From Felis catus (taxonomy: Eukaryota): a DNA stretch of 64,000 nt. The notes beneath the pieces were generated by a model that saw nothing but the letters and a program-made list of their open reading frames with translations, ran no database searches and was not told the DNA's origin. Of the stretch, positions 48,739 through 62,344 are shown one piece after another (the stretch's first letter is position 1; each line of letters starts with the position of its first letter). The position numbers were made by a program, and so were the translations under genes. The stretch is from assembly GCF_018350175.1 (NCBI RefSeq), contig NC_058368.1:232874001-232938000 (forward strand). The letters are read 5' to 3'.

Positions 48739-49704
48739 TCAGTGTTATGGCTTTTCTCTCCTCTGTCTTGACAGCCCTTTTATCACAGCTGAAGACTGAT
48801 TCATCCTGAATGAGCATGTCTTTACTTTTTCCCTCTCCAGCTTTGTTGAGAGTTTTGGGTGAAGAAAGACAATGAGTTGTAAGAATTTGCCTGAGGTAAA
48901 GAAATTCCTTCGTAAGCATCTAACAATCCAGGTGGAAGTGGAATCCGACTTTGGTTTTGTCTGTGGAAGACGCATCATTTTTGTGCCCCACGTACTAGGT
49001 TAAACTTGGAGGTTCACTTTTCACCCCCCATGACCGCTTTTACACGGAACTCATTTACATAAACGCAACTCAAAATATTATACATCTCATGGTTTTCAAA
49101 AAGCAGTCTGTATAGAAGATGCTTCCCTGTTAGCTCCCTGACACATCACGCCCCAAACCGGCCAGTCTTGATTTTATGTGTGAGTCTGTCCCTGTGTCAA
49201 CCGGACCAGGATGGTATGCTTCTGGAGGTCTACTTTTCGCTTTCCACAGGTTTCCATCTCTGCCGTTTCTGTTGGGGCCTTGAGTAGCAATGGGTTTCCC
49301 CAAATGGTGTCTTTCTTACTTTCCCTTTTCTTGCAGCCGCAGTGACCTTGTACATCACAGAATCAAGAGGATTAGGGTCAGAGCCGAATTAAAGCCCAAG
49401 GTTAATGCACAACATTCTTGGATTCTACGGAAGGTTTTAACGGCTTCTGATTGACAAGTGAGAGGCCTTTTTTGCTTTTTTTTTTCTTTCTGAGTTTCAG
49501 TTACATAGTTTTACCATAAGACATGATATAAATGACTTATTTATGTACTGCCAAAGTTCTTTAAGTTTTGCAGTGTTTACAGAGGCTCTAACTTCTTGTA
49601 AGAAAGTATTCGCGACTAAAAAATAAACCCAACCACCAATTTATATGGTGCGAAGCAAAAATATCTACTGACGGTTTTATTGTTTATTTACTTATTCATT
49701 TATG

Positions 49705-49928
49705 TTTTATTTTATTTATTTTTTTAATGTTTATTTATTTTTGAGACAGAGAGAGACAGAGCATGAACAGGGGAGGGTCAGAGAGAGAGGGAGACACAGA
49801 ATCTGAAGCAGGCTCCAGGCTCTGAGCTGTCAGCACAGAGCCTGACGCGGGGCTCGAACTCACGGACCGTGAGATCATGACCTGAGCCAAAGTCGGACGC
49901 TTAACCGACTGAGCCACCCAGGCGCCCC
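49705..49928 (-). mobile_element. Can-SINE
   Basis: Full reverse body; TSD tatgtttta. Confidence 0.93.
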
Positions 49929-49944
49929 TATGTTTTAAATATAA

Positions 49945-50058
49945 TCTGTTTTCAAGTTAGCTAACATACAGTGTATACAACGTGCTCTTGGCTTCAGGGG
50001 TGGCTTCCCATGATGCATTGCTTACCTACCACACCCAGTGCTCATCCCAACAAGTGCC
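49945..50058 (-). mobile_element. Carnivore L1 extreme 3' end
   Basis: caagttagctaacatacagtg...cacccagtgctcatcccaacaagtgcc. Confidence 0.8.
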
Positions 50059-52476
50059 ACTGGTGGTTTTAAACAAAGTTCTTGTGAAATTAGCCTCAAA
50101 GAGAAAAAGAAAAAACAAAACAAAACAAAACAAAAACCTAACTATTGATACAGATTAGAATTCTATCTTCAGTAGATCCTGATAGAGAAGCAGACATTTT
50201 TTCTAGACAGGGGGGTCTAACAACTGGTTTTCTGAATGTAGAAACCCCCAGGCGGACCTAGGAACTCATGAGATAGGGTAAGAAGTTTCTGGAGCAAATC
50301 AGAATCTAAAACCATATCTCTAGGAGGGATACAATCGGCTAAGGGTTCCTTTAAGCCTGTGCCCAAGCCAGGGCCTCCCTGGAAGGTAGACTGGAGTCTT
50401 TTCTATACCCCAGTTGCAACATACATCTTGACCTTTGGGCATTCAGTCCCCTGCCTTATTGAAACATGAAGTCAACAGACATAAGACTCTTCCAGGTTTG
50501 ATTACTTCTACAGTATTTACTTTTATAAAGTATTTCTGTTTTTCCAGCAGACATGACTTACTTGATTATGCTAGGGAATTGGCTAAAGAAGTTACTTAAA
50601 TATTTAAAAGGGAAATGTTGATTCCTGTTGCTAAAGCACATTAACAATTAGCAGAACTACTAAGATAATATCTCTTAGGTAATGCCAAATTAATAATTGA
50701 TGGAGGTGAACCCTCAGAAGAGTACAAGACAAAGTGAGCAGAGAATCTGGGGTGGATCCAACTATTTCTCAGCAAATTCAGACCTTTGTAGGCACCAGCC
50801 AGTTCGGGCCAGTGGGAAGCTTTATCTGAGAGCATGACTTTTTCAAAGAATTCTACCATGGTTTGAGGTTAATGGAGTCGCACAAAAACTTGACTGGATG
50901 GGGAATGACATTGCTCAGGTGAAGGAAGTAACAGTACTCCATACATCACTCTATCTTCATAGCAAATGTGGATACATTTTGAATTATAAAGACGTAAGCC
51001 AATACCATCAGAGTATTTTTAATTACTGGCTGAAGCTACATAAAATCTTAGCGATTGAAGAATTAAATACTTTTGTACGCCTATTGAAAATGAGCTGCTT
51101 CATTTAAAAACAAAATAGGGATACAATACCATGAACTAATCTCCAGACCTTCTTATTCAATTATGATAGTCGTCTCACTAGTGCCCATTTTCTGGGCCAG
51201 GACCCTGTCTAAGATCAGCACTGCATTTCATTGACCTGTCTTCTTCGTCCACTCAGGCAATCTGAGATAGATCCTCAGTCTTTGGACACATTTAAAGAGT
51301 AATTTGGTGTTATTTCTTCTAGGAGATGCAGAATTAATAACTCAGGTCTGTCGCGTCAGGAAATCTGGGGCTCTGGTCACAGGTCTCTCCCTGTAGGGTA
51401 TTCTGAATCTAGGCCATTTTATCTGTATGAACCCAAGTTTATATCACTTATCAAATAAGGGAGTTGGACAATATTAAAGGTTTTCCAACTTCTTACCACC
51501 AAGGACGTTTTTTAAATATTATTTTTATCGTCCATATCATGAAAAGATTTGGCCTGCGACCCAAACTGAGCTACTTCGATCATTTTTGGCAGTCAAAATA
51601 TAATAAGTCTCATAAAATAAGTAGGTTCTTTATCAGACATGCAAATAACAAACGAGCGTTGGGTAGGTATCGTAGGTGTTCAGGGAAAGAGAAATTGATA
51701 ACCAAAGGGAATGTGCCACAGTTTCATAACTTTCTAAAATGTGAACTCAAAACTTGGTAAGTACTCAATTGGCCTATCCGTTGTTGGAGAGTTTTGAAGG
51801 GGGAGAAAGTGAATCATTTCTTTTTCTGACTGTTGTCTCTGGGCTTACGCAGCAGGCATACGTTGAGCTACGGGTAGTTACAAATACATCAGGATTATGG
51901 GCTTTTCGGTGTCACAGTTTTCTTCTGCTCCGAGTGGATTTCTATGCCTAATGTGCTCCTAAGAACATGGCTTTGACAATTGGTAACAAAATTCGACTTT
52001 GACAATATCCTGTGTAAGATACATTAACGGTTCGATTACATTTCATCTTAAAAGCTACGTTTTGACTGTGTAAGATACACTTTCAGATAACTTTAAGTTT
52101 CCTTGCTTTTTAAAGGAATTATGTAAGTGTAACAGAGAAACTGTGATGACCCCTACTGATGTAGTCCAGCTTGAACATACCCAAACTCAAAATGCCTACT
52201 AAATATTAAATTAAATTAGTTAAATTAAATTAAATTAGATTAGATTAAATGTGATAGAGTCCAGGAAGCTTCTGGTTACAGTCCATGAATGGTAGGCTTG
52301 AAGCACATAAGGTAAATGTGGATTCACTTAAAATCTAGGTTGGCATTTTTTTCCCTGAAGTAGATTTTTGAGTCTTAGAAAGAAGCGTACTAAAACTTAA
52401 ACTTAATAATTTTTAATATACAAGTTCCAGAAATAAGAACAATTTCAATATAACTTACTTTAAGTCAAATGGCCCT

Positions 52477-52581
52477 GGGGTGCCTGGGTGGCTCAGTCCT
52501 TTGAGCAGCCAGCTCTTGATTTTGGCTCGGGTCATGATCCCAGGATAGTGGGATCGAGTCCCACATCAGGCTCGGGGCTGA

Positions 52582-52619
<38 letters not shown>

Positions 52620-52649
52620 CCCCACTCTCATTTTGTCTCCCTCTCTCAC

Positions 52650-52680
<31 letters not shown>

Positions 52681-52693
52681 ACAAACAAACAAA
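52477..52693 (+). mobile_element. Can-SINE
   Basis: Head, (CT)n, (AATA)n tail; TSD ttaagt(c/t)aaatggc(c/t)ct. Confidence 0.9.
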
Positions 52694-53211
52694 CCTTAAG
52701 TTAAATGGCTCTTAAGGTTATGTTATTGTATAACCTAGAGCTATTGTAAATTATAATGTATCCATTTATATAATTCATTATATTTATTTGTAATCACTCT
52801 AAATGTTACACAATAGACTTTTAAGAGATTGGGAGTCCCTACACAGTCACCCCGTCACACCTAATTTTTCAAGCGGGGACCTGAATGAGTCCAGAGAGAC
52901 GCAATGATGCGCTAACCGTGGCAAAGTGGGCGTCACCCCTCAGGGGTTCTGCTGTCCCAGTCGGCAGAACTGGGGCTCTTCTGTACCACACCTAACACCG
53001 CCTTCTTCATGGGAAAGAACCCACGGGTATGGTTTTTCCCTTATTGCCTCAAACAAACACCATAGACAGAATGTATTAATAAGTGGGAGGCTTTTACCGA
53101 GAACTGAATGCTGTGCTCGTGGATGTGATGGAAAAGTGTATTACAGGGACCAGACTAGTCTCTGGACCAACAAAAGGGAAAAACACAACGCATAAGTTGA
53201 TTGCAGAAAAA

Positions 53212-53265
53212 AAAAAATAAATAAAATAAAATAAAATAAAATAAAATAAAATAAAATAAAATAAA
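53212..53265. repeat. (TAAAA)n microsatellite
   Basis: Directly visible. Confidence 0.9.
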
Positions 53266-53661
53266 TGAAGGAAAGAAAGACAAGTCCTTGACTTCTTTGT
53301 CTCTCTGGGAACATATGGTAAGAATAGCACGACCTCCTTGTGATGATTCAGTGGTTTTAGCACAAACTGATATCAAGCAGTTCTGAGAGGCGTGAGAAGG
53401 AGATCCCTACCCACTCTCGTCTTACCAGCTGGGATCCAGGACGAGCAAGAAAATGATTGGCAGGGGAAAGACAGCCTCTTGTGAGGGTTGGTTCCATAAT
53501 TTCTGTAAACTCTTACGTAACCTTGTAACTCGTGATTCTGAAAGGAAAAGTTCTGAAGGGACAAGCAGAATACTGTTCCTCACGTGATGGAGAGAATACT
53601 GTCTTCTTTTGTGTCTCGTGGAAGGAGTAGCCGGTAACTTAATGCCTGTTATTCCCTAAAT

Positions 53662-53840
53662 CAGTGGTTCCAGTGTGTGAAACCCAGAGAAGCAGCCCTA
53701 CCATCATCTGGGAACTTGCTAGAATTCTCGCCACCCTCCCCCCAGGACTACCAGATCAGAAATTCAGGGGACAGTCCCAGCAACCCACGTTTTAACAAGC
53801 CCTCCGGGTGAGAGTGCCTGCTGAACTTTGAGAGCTACGG
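53662..53840. mobile_element. MER5A-like hAT element, full length, with 8-bp TSD
   Basis: Starts cagtggttc, contains tgggaacttgctagaa and ttttaacaagccctcc.ggtga, ends tttgagagctacgg; flanked by ccctaaat at 53654-53661 and 53841-53848. Confidence 0.8.
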
Positions 53841-54759
53841 CCCTAAATCATGCCCATATGTCCACTTAAGCTTTCCTGTAGGCTGTAGCAGACGAAAATT
53901 ATACCATGCAACTGGATTTCATGCATTTAGAATCCACATTTTCTGCTTTCCCAATGTATATGGAACCGTAAAGAGAAAGTCACGCTGATAGCTCCCTCAT
54001 CACGGGAATGGTGGTGTTTCTGCAATGCTTCCCTGAGAAAATGCGCAGGGCGCAAAGAAAATGGGGGCACGACACTAAAGGGGTTGTGCCATTGGAAATC
54101 GACCCGCTGTCTAGAACCAAGAAGATTTTCTGGGGCAATTCTGAGAGTGTCGTCCTTTCCACCGAGAAGCGGTACCTGAGGGAGATCGGTTCAATCCAAC
54201 ACAGACGTAGGTGATTTGATTTCAGAGATGATTGTAGCCCGATTGATAACAGACCTGGGATTTATGTAAAAAGAAGAACAGCTCGTGCACTAACGTTTGT
54301 CTTGCGGTCCGATAGTTTCAGCCACCTATTCCTTGTTTAGGATTTGTAACAATTTTCCACTTGATCTCCTGGCTGCTGGGAGTTCATGGTCCCTGGAACG
54401 TTCCCTCCCTTCCCTCCTGGGAAGCACGTTGGTTCACCTTAGCTTCCCTGAGATGGAGAGAGAAGCCAGTGCAGGTGCATCTTGGTGGGACCTCATATAG
54501 ACACTCCCAGGATAGAGTGAATCAGCCTAGAAAGAGAAATCCCAAGTAAAAAAAAAATGAGTTATAGTTTGTCTCTTGATTCTTAAGGGAATATGAAGGT
54601 ACAAATTCCAATCCACTTGCACAAAAATCTGCCCAAATACTGCATCCTTTTTGGTATAGATTCTCAAAATTTGGGGGAAAAATGGGATAGACTGCTCAGG
54701 TCCTTGACAGAACTAAGACAGAATGAATAGAAAGGCACCTAAACTTTCCTTCTTCTTTT

Positions 54760-54949
54760 GAATCTTAGTTGGCCAAATTCCCCATTGGGGAATAATTGGT
54801 CATGATTAATGGATTATGAGCCAGACTAACCAAGGTGATGGAATAAATTTAAAGGAATCTTAGTTGGCCAAATTCCCCATTGGGCAATAGTTGGTCATAA
54901 TTAATGGATTATGAGCCAGACTAACCAAGGTGATGGAATAAATTTAAAG
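54760..54949. repeat. 95-bp tandem duplication
   Basis: Copies at 54760-54854 and 54855-54949, 3 mismatches. Confidence 0.95.
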
Positions 54950-55451
54950 GAAAAAGCAACAAAACTCAAAGTATATGTCAGCACCTATTAATGCTGCCAG
55001 TAAGAAGGGCAAGGCTGGAGATGGGCTAGAGATGCTACCAGAGCACATGTCAAAATAAAGACCACTGGTGGTCAGGTGAGAAGGCCACCAGGAAGCAAGG
55101 CACTTTGGGAAAAAACCTCTTGGAGACCCAGAGTTGAGTCTGTAGGATAAGGAAGGGAGGTGAGCTGTCTCTCTCTTCTCCCTGCGTCCTGCACAGCTAC
55201 ATCCTTCTGGAAAGCAATTCTATGAATATAGACTTCCATTTCTTTGGATTCAGATCTGTGATTCCCACCTCCCCCCACAGCCCAAAGGCTCATGCAACCA
55301 AGTTACTGGCAGTTTTCAGTCTTGCATCAGTAATTTGTGACCAAAAGAAAAGCACTTCTCTGAGTTCGGATGGGGAGAATCACGGGAAGGGATCCTGGAA
55401 AAAGCAAAGTGTAAGTCTAAGCTCTCCAGAGAAACCAAACCAAGAGGAGAT

Positions 55452-55544
55452 GATAGATGAGAAAGAGAGAGACAGAGAGAGAGAGAGAGAGACAGAGAGA
55501 GAGAGATATACATAGAGAGATACATAGATAAATAGGTAAGTAAG

Positions 55545-55577
<33 letters not shown>

Positions 55578-55765
55578 GATAGATAATAGATGATAGATAG
55601 ATAGATGATAGATAGATAGATAGATGATAGATAATTGATAGATAGATAGGTAGATAGATAGACGATAGATAATAGATCCATAGATAGATGATACAGACAC
55701 ACATACATACATACATAGGCAGATACATAGATGATGATGATAGATAGATAGATAGATAGATAGAT
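55452..55765. repeat. Compound (GA)n/(GATA)n microsatellite
   Basis: Directly visible. Confidence 0.95.
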
Positions 55766-55993
55766 CATTGATTTGAAGGAATGGGCTCACATGATGGACC
55801 AGCAGTCTGGAAACTAAGGCAAGAGCTGATGTTGCAGTCTTATGTCTGAAATCCACAGGGCAGGCTTGCACACTGGAAACACAGGTAGGATTTCCATGTT
55901 GCAGCTTTGAAGGTGAATCTTTCTTCAAGCTTTGCTCTTAAGGCCTTCAACTGATTGAGGAGGACCACCACATCATCAAGAATAATCTATCAA

Positions 55994-56217
55994 GGGGCGC
56001 CTGGGTGGCTCAGTCGGTTAAGCGCCCAACTTCGGCTCAGGTCATGATCTCACGTCCGTGAGTTCGAGCCCCGCGTCGGGCTCTGGGCTGACAGCTCAGA
56101 GCCTGGAGCCTGTTTCCGATTCTGTGTCTCCCTCTCTCTCTGCCCCTCCCCTATTCATGCTCTGTCTCTCTCTGTCTCAAAAATAAATAAACGTTAAAAA
56201 AAATTAAAAAAAAAAAA
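55994..56217 (+). mobile_element. Can-SINE nested in the MLT2
   Basis: Full body; TSD aagaata(a/c)tctatcaa. Confidence 0.93.
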
Positions 56218-56624
56218 GAATACTCTATCAAGAGTAATCATATCTACAAAATACCTTCAGAGCAACATCGGGACTAGTCTTTGACCAAACAACTGGGCAC
56301 CACGGCCTGGCCAAGCTGACACATGAAGCTAACCATCAGACACAGTCAAATCTTCTGGAACTTTCCCCATCCTTCTGGAAGACATGCTGCAAAATTCTAA
56401 TACATTCCCTGGTGTGGCTTCAGTAGAGAGGAGCCTCACCGTGTAAATACAGAGCACGACAGGGTTTGCGTCAACACTTACGCACACAGAGAGTCGGGCC
56501 TCGGTATCCTTCATCTGAAGGGCAGGTAATCAATTAATCAATTCAAGAATTTCGAATCCATCAGCAGTTGCTAAAAATGATGCCACGTTCCATACAGTTG
56601 TGTGCCTTCATTTTGACACATTTG

Positions 56625-56871
56625 GTTTTTTTTTTTCTTTTTTTTTTTTTTTTTAATTTTTTTTTTCAACGTTTATTTTTATTTTTGGGACAGAGAGAGA
56701 CAGAGCATGAACGGGGGAGGGGCAGAGAGAGAGGGAGACACAGAATCGGAAACAGGCTCCAGGCTCCGAGCCATCAGCCCAGAGCCTGACGCGGGGCTCG
56801 AACTCACGGACCGCGAGATCGTGACCTGGCTGAAGTCGGACGCTTAACCGACTGCGCCACCCAGGCGCCCC
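56625..56871 (-). mobile_element. Young felid SINEC_Fc
   Basis: Long poly(T), CpG-intact body; TSD ttgacacatttggttttt. Confidence 0.95.
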
Positions 56872-57004
56872 ATTGACACATTTGGTTTTTACTGAAGTGA
56901 CTGGTTACCATCATGTTTTCTTCTTTTGACAGAAAAAGAAAATTGGCCTCAGCAAATCCCTTATATCTTTCAATTTCTTATACTTTTAATCCCATGTTTG
57001 GAAT

Positions 57005-57040
57005 TATTTTAATTTTATTTTTTTAATGTTTATTTATTTT

Positions 57041-57076
<36 letters not shown>

Positions 57077-57237
57077 AGTAGGGGAGGGGCAGAGAAAGGG
57101 AGAGAGAGAATCCCAAGCAGGCTCTACACTGTCAGCACAGAGCCCAGTACAGGGCTTGACCTGACCAACCAGGAGATCATGACGTGAGCTGAAATCAAGA
57201 GTCGGATGCTTAACCAACTGAGCCACCCAGGCGCCCC
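57005..57237 (-). mobile_element. Can-SINE
   Basis: Reverse body. Confidence 0.9.
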
Positions 57238-57399
57238 TGTTTTGGTTTTCTTTGTAAAGGTTGTATTGTAGACGGGACTAGTTTATTCGTGTTGGAAATA
57301 CAGGTTTCTTGAAAATATTTATGTTTTTCCATTGTTTGTAATTTGTTTTCTCTTACAATGCAGTATTTGTCTTTACCATAAACTCGTGGCTTCTCAACA

Positions 57400-57609
57400 T
57401 TTTATTTTTTTTAATTTTTTTAATGTTTATTTTTGAGAGAGAGAGAGAGCAGGGAGGTGGGGGCAGAGAGAGGGAAACACAGAATCCGAAGCAGGATCCA
57501 GGCTCCAAGCTGTCAGCACAGAGCCAGATGTGGGGCTTGAACTCACAAACCACGAGACCATGACCTGAGCCGAAGTCGGACACTCAACCGACTGAGCCAC
57601 CCAGGTGCC
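57400..57609 (-). mobile_element. Can-SINE
   Basis: Reverse body; TSD tggcttctcaacatttta. Confidence 0.92.
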
Positions 57610-57930
57610 TTGGCTTCTCAACATTTTAATGGAACTGTCTTTACTAGTGGGCATCCCTCCTAGTTCTCATCCTCCCCCCCAGCTTCTTGCCTTCAGTCTC
57701 CTGAGGGGTAAGAAATGGACTCTCATTGGTTGATTACTTTCTAGGCCAACTTCCCTTCTTTCATATTGCAACTTTCCTGCACTTCGATTTTTATCAAATC
57801 CAGCGTTTCCTGATTTTTCTTTATTTTTCTTTCAGGGATTACTCCCTTATTTTGTTGAGGTATAGCCTTACATAGCTTTGTAGGAAAAGAAACACTTAGT
57901 TATTTCATATTTTAAAATGTTTCCATTCTT

Positions 57931-58142
57931 GGGGCGCCTGGGTGGCTCAGTCGGTTAAGCTTCCGACTTTGGCTCAGGTCATGATCTCACACCCCGTGAG
58001 TTCGAGCCCCCCATCGGGCTCTGTGCTGACAGCTCAGAGCCTGGAGCCTGCTTCGGATTCTGTGTCTCCTTCTCTCTCTGGCTCTCCGCCCGTTCATGCT
58101 CTGTCTCTCTCTGTCTCAAAAATAAATAAACGTTAAAAAAAA
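57931..58142 (+). mobile_element. Can-SINE
   Basis: Full body; TSD aatgtttc(c/t)attctt. Confidence 0.92.
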
Positions 58143-58467
58143 TTTTTTTAATGTTTCTATTCTTGCCTCGTGTGGTAGTTCACCTACATTTAGAACTTCC
58201 AGATTAAAAACCTTGCCCCTCAGAACTTTGAGGGTGTTGCTGACCTCTTGTCTTTTGACAGTGTTCCTGTAAGGAAATATGGTGAACAGTTTTTAAACAT
58301 AGTTTTAATAAGCATGGAACTTTCAAGGCACGTATCTATCCTGAAATCCAGGGAAGATGATTCCATTCTGCGTACATAGCAAAAACAATATACCTCTCCC
58401 AATGCTGCATTGACAGAGGATGGATTCACACTGTTTTGCATAGACGTGAGCCTCTGACTACTTCAGC

Positions 58468-58490
58468 TTTTTTTTACATGTTTATTTATT

Positions 58491-58535
<45 letters not shown>

Positions 58536-58670
58536 ATCCGAAGCAAGCTGCAGGCTCCAGGCTCTGAGCTGTCAGCACAGAGCCCAACACAGGACTCGAA
58601 CTCACGAACCGTGAGATCATGACCTGAGCCGAAGTCAGACGCTTCACCGACTGAGCCACCCAGGCGCCCC
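58468..58670 (-). mobile_element. Can-SINE
   Basis: Reverse body with (GA)n. Confidence 0.9.
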
Positions 58671-60352
58671 ATACATGTATTTTCTGCACAATAAAAGGAA
58701 TACTACCAAATGTTTGTTATGGTAAGAAATTGTTAGGTCTGAGACGGTTGTACGTCATTTGTTGGACATGGACATACAGCCCCTACCACTTGTCATTCTG
58801 CAGCTTTCCTTGGCCTTGGCACTTGTCCCATTCTTTTCTCTGTTCCAGTCTCCCATCCAGAATTCTTCATTATTTTGGATTTTTTAGAAGTGCCTTTACT
58901 ACCACTTTAATGGAATCTTCAGAAGAAGGGCCAAACAGGTGGGCTCAGTCTCACATTTTGGACGGGAAGCAATGTGATACGATTGTTGTTTATTTCCCCA
59001 GCAACTGCCTCCCTGAAATACTGTATATGTGACCTCTATCTCTTTTCTTGTTTTGAGCCATTTAAATTACTTGAATTGTGATCATTTTTAGACTCCTACC
59101 AATAATTAAATGGGGGGAATTAGGAGAGAATCAGGAAACTCATCTGATAAGTCAATAGTTTGAAAGTACATATGTTTTTAACTTCGAAACGTTAACTTCG
59201 GTGAAGTGTTCAATTCCTAAGCGTAATAATGGGATTAACTTGGCAGTTAACGTGATGAACACAAAGGAAGAAACCCCATCTCCTTAGTGGTGGGGATTCT
59301 GTTCGTTATTCTCCCCGTTCCCTTGGGAAGCCCTCTCGCGGGAATGGATTTCTAGGGAGGCAAAGACATCTGGAGAGACTTCCCTAAGAAACTGAGGACA
59401 CCAAGTTCAGAGTCAGCATTCACATGAGATGTGTTGGCAAGAAAGATACTTACCTGACACTGAGGATTTGCATATTTAAAATGCAAGGCATGCAGGTGCT
59501 TGCAAAGTAGAGCGAACACGTCCATGCACTGAACGTCACAAAAGACTCGGAATGGCACATACAGGTCCCCAGAGTTTAGTTTCTGTTTGTGTGACCCACG
59601 TAGTCAAAAGAAGATTGTCGTTGGCCATTATAGGCTTGATTAAAATTGTGGTCTTGGCACAGGTATGTAGCTAGACTAAATATCAGACAAAACTCAAGAT
59701 CTGTGCAGGGAGACGGGGGATCAGCCCAGCGCGCGTTCGTGTGAGAGCCACGGCCGGATGTTACAAAACTTGGCCAAGGTGAGCTTTTTTTTACAGGAGG
59801 ACATGAACGCTGACTTCGAGGTGGCGTGCTAGACTTACTTCTCTTCTTGGAACTTTGCCATTTACCCAATCCCAGGATGCATGGTTGCTTCAGGGAGTAT
59901 CGCAATTCATCAAGCAGATTTTCTGCGCTCACCAGTTCCAGCAGGGGTAAAGAGACAACAAAATAGTGGCAAACACAAACTTTCCACAAGTGAATGTTCA
60001 CTTGCCTTCTTAGAATCCCTTGCAGCCGTATTAGTGGTGTTTAATCTTGAATTTTCCTTACTCTTCCGGATAGGACTAGTGATGAGAATCCCATGATAGC
60101 ACAACAACCAAAGAAAATCAGAAATAGAGCTGCCTTCCTGGGATCCCACAGGTGACTTCAAAACGGAAGGATTCTAAGTTGCTGGTGGAAAAGTAGGACC
60201 GCTTGGATCTTACTACGAGGATCGATTCGGTATTCCACAACTCATCTGTTTTGCACGGGTGTGAAAATTAGAGAATCAGAAAATGTGACAATTTTAAGGG
60301 AAAATTTGCAAGAGATAGTAGCATGATATCACATCAAATACTGAGGAGATCC

Positions 60353-60578
60353 GGGGCTCCTGGGTGGCTCAGTTGGTTAAGCTTCCGACCCCGGCTCGCG
60401 TCATGATCTCACAGTTCGTGAGTTTGAGCCCCATGTCGGGCTCTGTGCTGACAGCTCGGGGCCTGGAGACTGCTTTGGATTCTACGTCTCCTTCTCTCTC
60501 TGCCCCTAACCCACTCGCATTCTGTCTCTGTCCTTCTCAAAAATAACAATTAAAAAAAATAAGTAAACATTAAAAAAA
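60353..60578 (+). mobile_element. Can-SINE
   Basis: Full body. Confidence 0.9.
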
Positions 60579-62142
60579 GTTTAAAGAAAGACATTCTGCG
60601 TATCAAACAACTACTCACAACTACATTTGAGAGACTAGATTGTTTGAATATTGAAAAAAATGCTCATAACTTCCTGCTGCAAGACACCCCTTGTTAAGAG
60701 CCATCGAGCGAGAATCCTGCACATTCTAGTGAAGTGTACCTTCCTCTCGCCCAAGGGCCAGGAGCAACGCAAACCAGAAAGCTGACTTCACTGTGTCCCC
60801 GGCATTTCCAACCTATTCGGGGAATATTGCTTTTTCTTTCTTTCCGTATTGTTCCTGGCCAGAACGGTCTTACCAACTTTTATGGCTCCATAAATCTACT
60901 CATCCATGAAATCAGGCGCTCATCTACGATTTGAACACTGGTTGAGTTACCATTGAAGACAGTTATCCTGAGGATTCCCACATCTTTGCCTTATTCTTAA
61001 ATGCTCTACTTACATCAAGACAGGTGTTCGTGCAGCCTGCCTAGAACATTCCGTTTCGGACCTGTCAGACATCTGATCCAGCACGCCCCAGGCTGAAGGT
61101 GCCTTCCCAGCCAGCCCCGCTGTGTCCCCTGCCTTGGAGGGGGGGCTTTAGGGGACATGACCAGGCCAGGAACTTCAGAGCCCACCGGCTACATCCCAAC
61201 GTGTCAGTTAAATTTGTCATCTCAATTGGCTTTTCCCTGGTGTTTCTGTCTCCCTGCGCTCCTCTCCCCTCTGTCTCCCCTGCTCCTCGCTTTCCCTCTC
61301 CCTGCTTCTCCTCCTCTTCTCTATTTTCGATCCAGGATCCGGCCAGCTCTGTTAGGGCTTACTTCAGTCACGGCTCTGATGATGTGCCTGCCCTGGACTG
61401 GTCAGAAGCCCCGTGGAGAAAGGCACCTGTTACAGACAAGGATCTTGAGCCTCTGGTTCCTCCACCGTTGCCACATGTCACATGTCCCCTGCCCTCTCTC
61501 GCCTCCTGCCCTCCTCTGGCCTCACCCTTCCCAACTCTTACCCTTGTGCCGTGTGCTTCAGTCACGCTGGATTATGCTACTAATCCTGAATATTCTTTAT
61601 AGTTTCCTCCTTCGGTGTGTTTGTGAATTCTCTCTCTCTCTCTCTCCTTCTCTCCCCGTGCCCCCCGCCACCCCGACCCCAAAAATCACTTCCCAAGCTT
61701 CTCTGCCTGGCAAATGGGTCACTTTCTGTCCTGCCTGAGCCACCCCTTCCTCTTGCCACGGCAAATTCGGGTCTCTTCTCAATGCAGCTTTTGCACGTCA
61801 CACACACTGCGGTTGTAAATCATCCCGAGGGCTTTGGAAGGTCTGTATTTGGATTCAAACCCAGTTCCTATCCTTACAGCTGTGAGATAGGTTCTGGAGC
61901 TCTTACTGGCTAGACGAGGAGGATGATGCCCACGTAGGATGGGGCCGTGGGCGTCACAGTCCTTGCATGTGGAACGGATGACTTTGGGAGGACTTCACTG
62001 GAAAATGACACATTTTAACAAGTTTGTCCTGATTTGGTTCTTCAAAGAAAAACAAACATTGGATTGCTAGGTTTCACTCTGGGCCCGTTTTAAATGTGCA
62101 AACAGAAGTAAAATTTGTATTCTAATATTTACATCAGTTTAT

Positions 62143-62309
62143 CATTTATTTATTTATTTATGTATGTATTTAGTGAGAGAGAGAGATTGACAGAAAATGT
62201 GAGTGAAGGCGGGGCAGAGGGATACACACACAGAGAGAGAATTTTTTAAATATTTATTTTGAGAGAGAGAGAGAGAGATTATGAATGAGGAAGGGGCAGA
62301 GACAAAGAA

Positions 62310-62344
<35 letters not shown>

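Larger units (their letters stand above)
55408..56340 (-). mobile_element. MLT2 (C/D-like) ERVL solo LTR containing a (GATA)n array and a SINE
   Basis: tctccagagaaac..aacc; aaggaatgggctcac; gctcttaaggccttcaactgattg; ttgaccaaacaactgggcacc..gcctggccaagctgacacat..aaccatca. Confidence 0.78.

Noticed and set aside
55316..55928. Minus-strand ORFs rich in I/Y/L/S
   Set aside because: Translations of the (GATA)n microsatellite.
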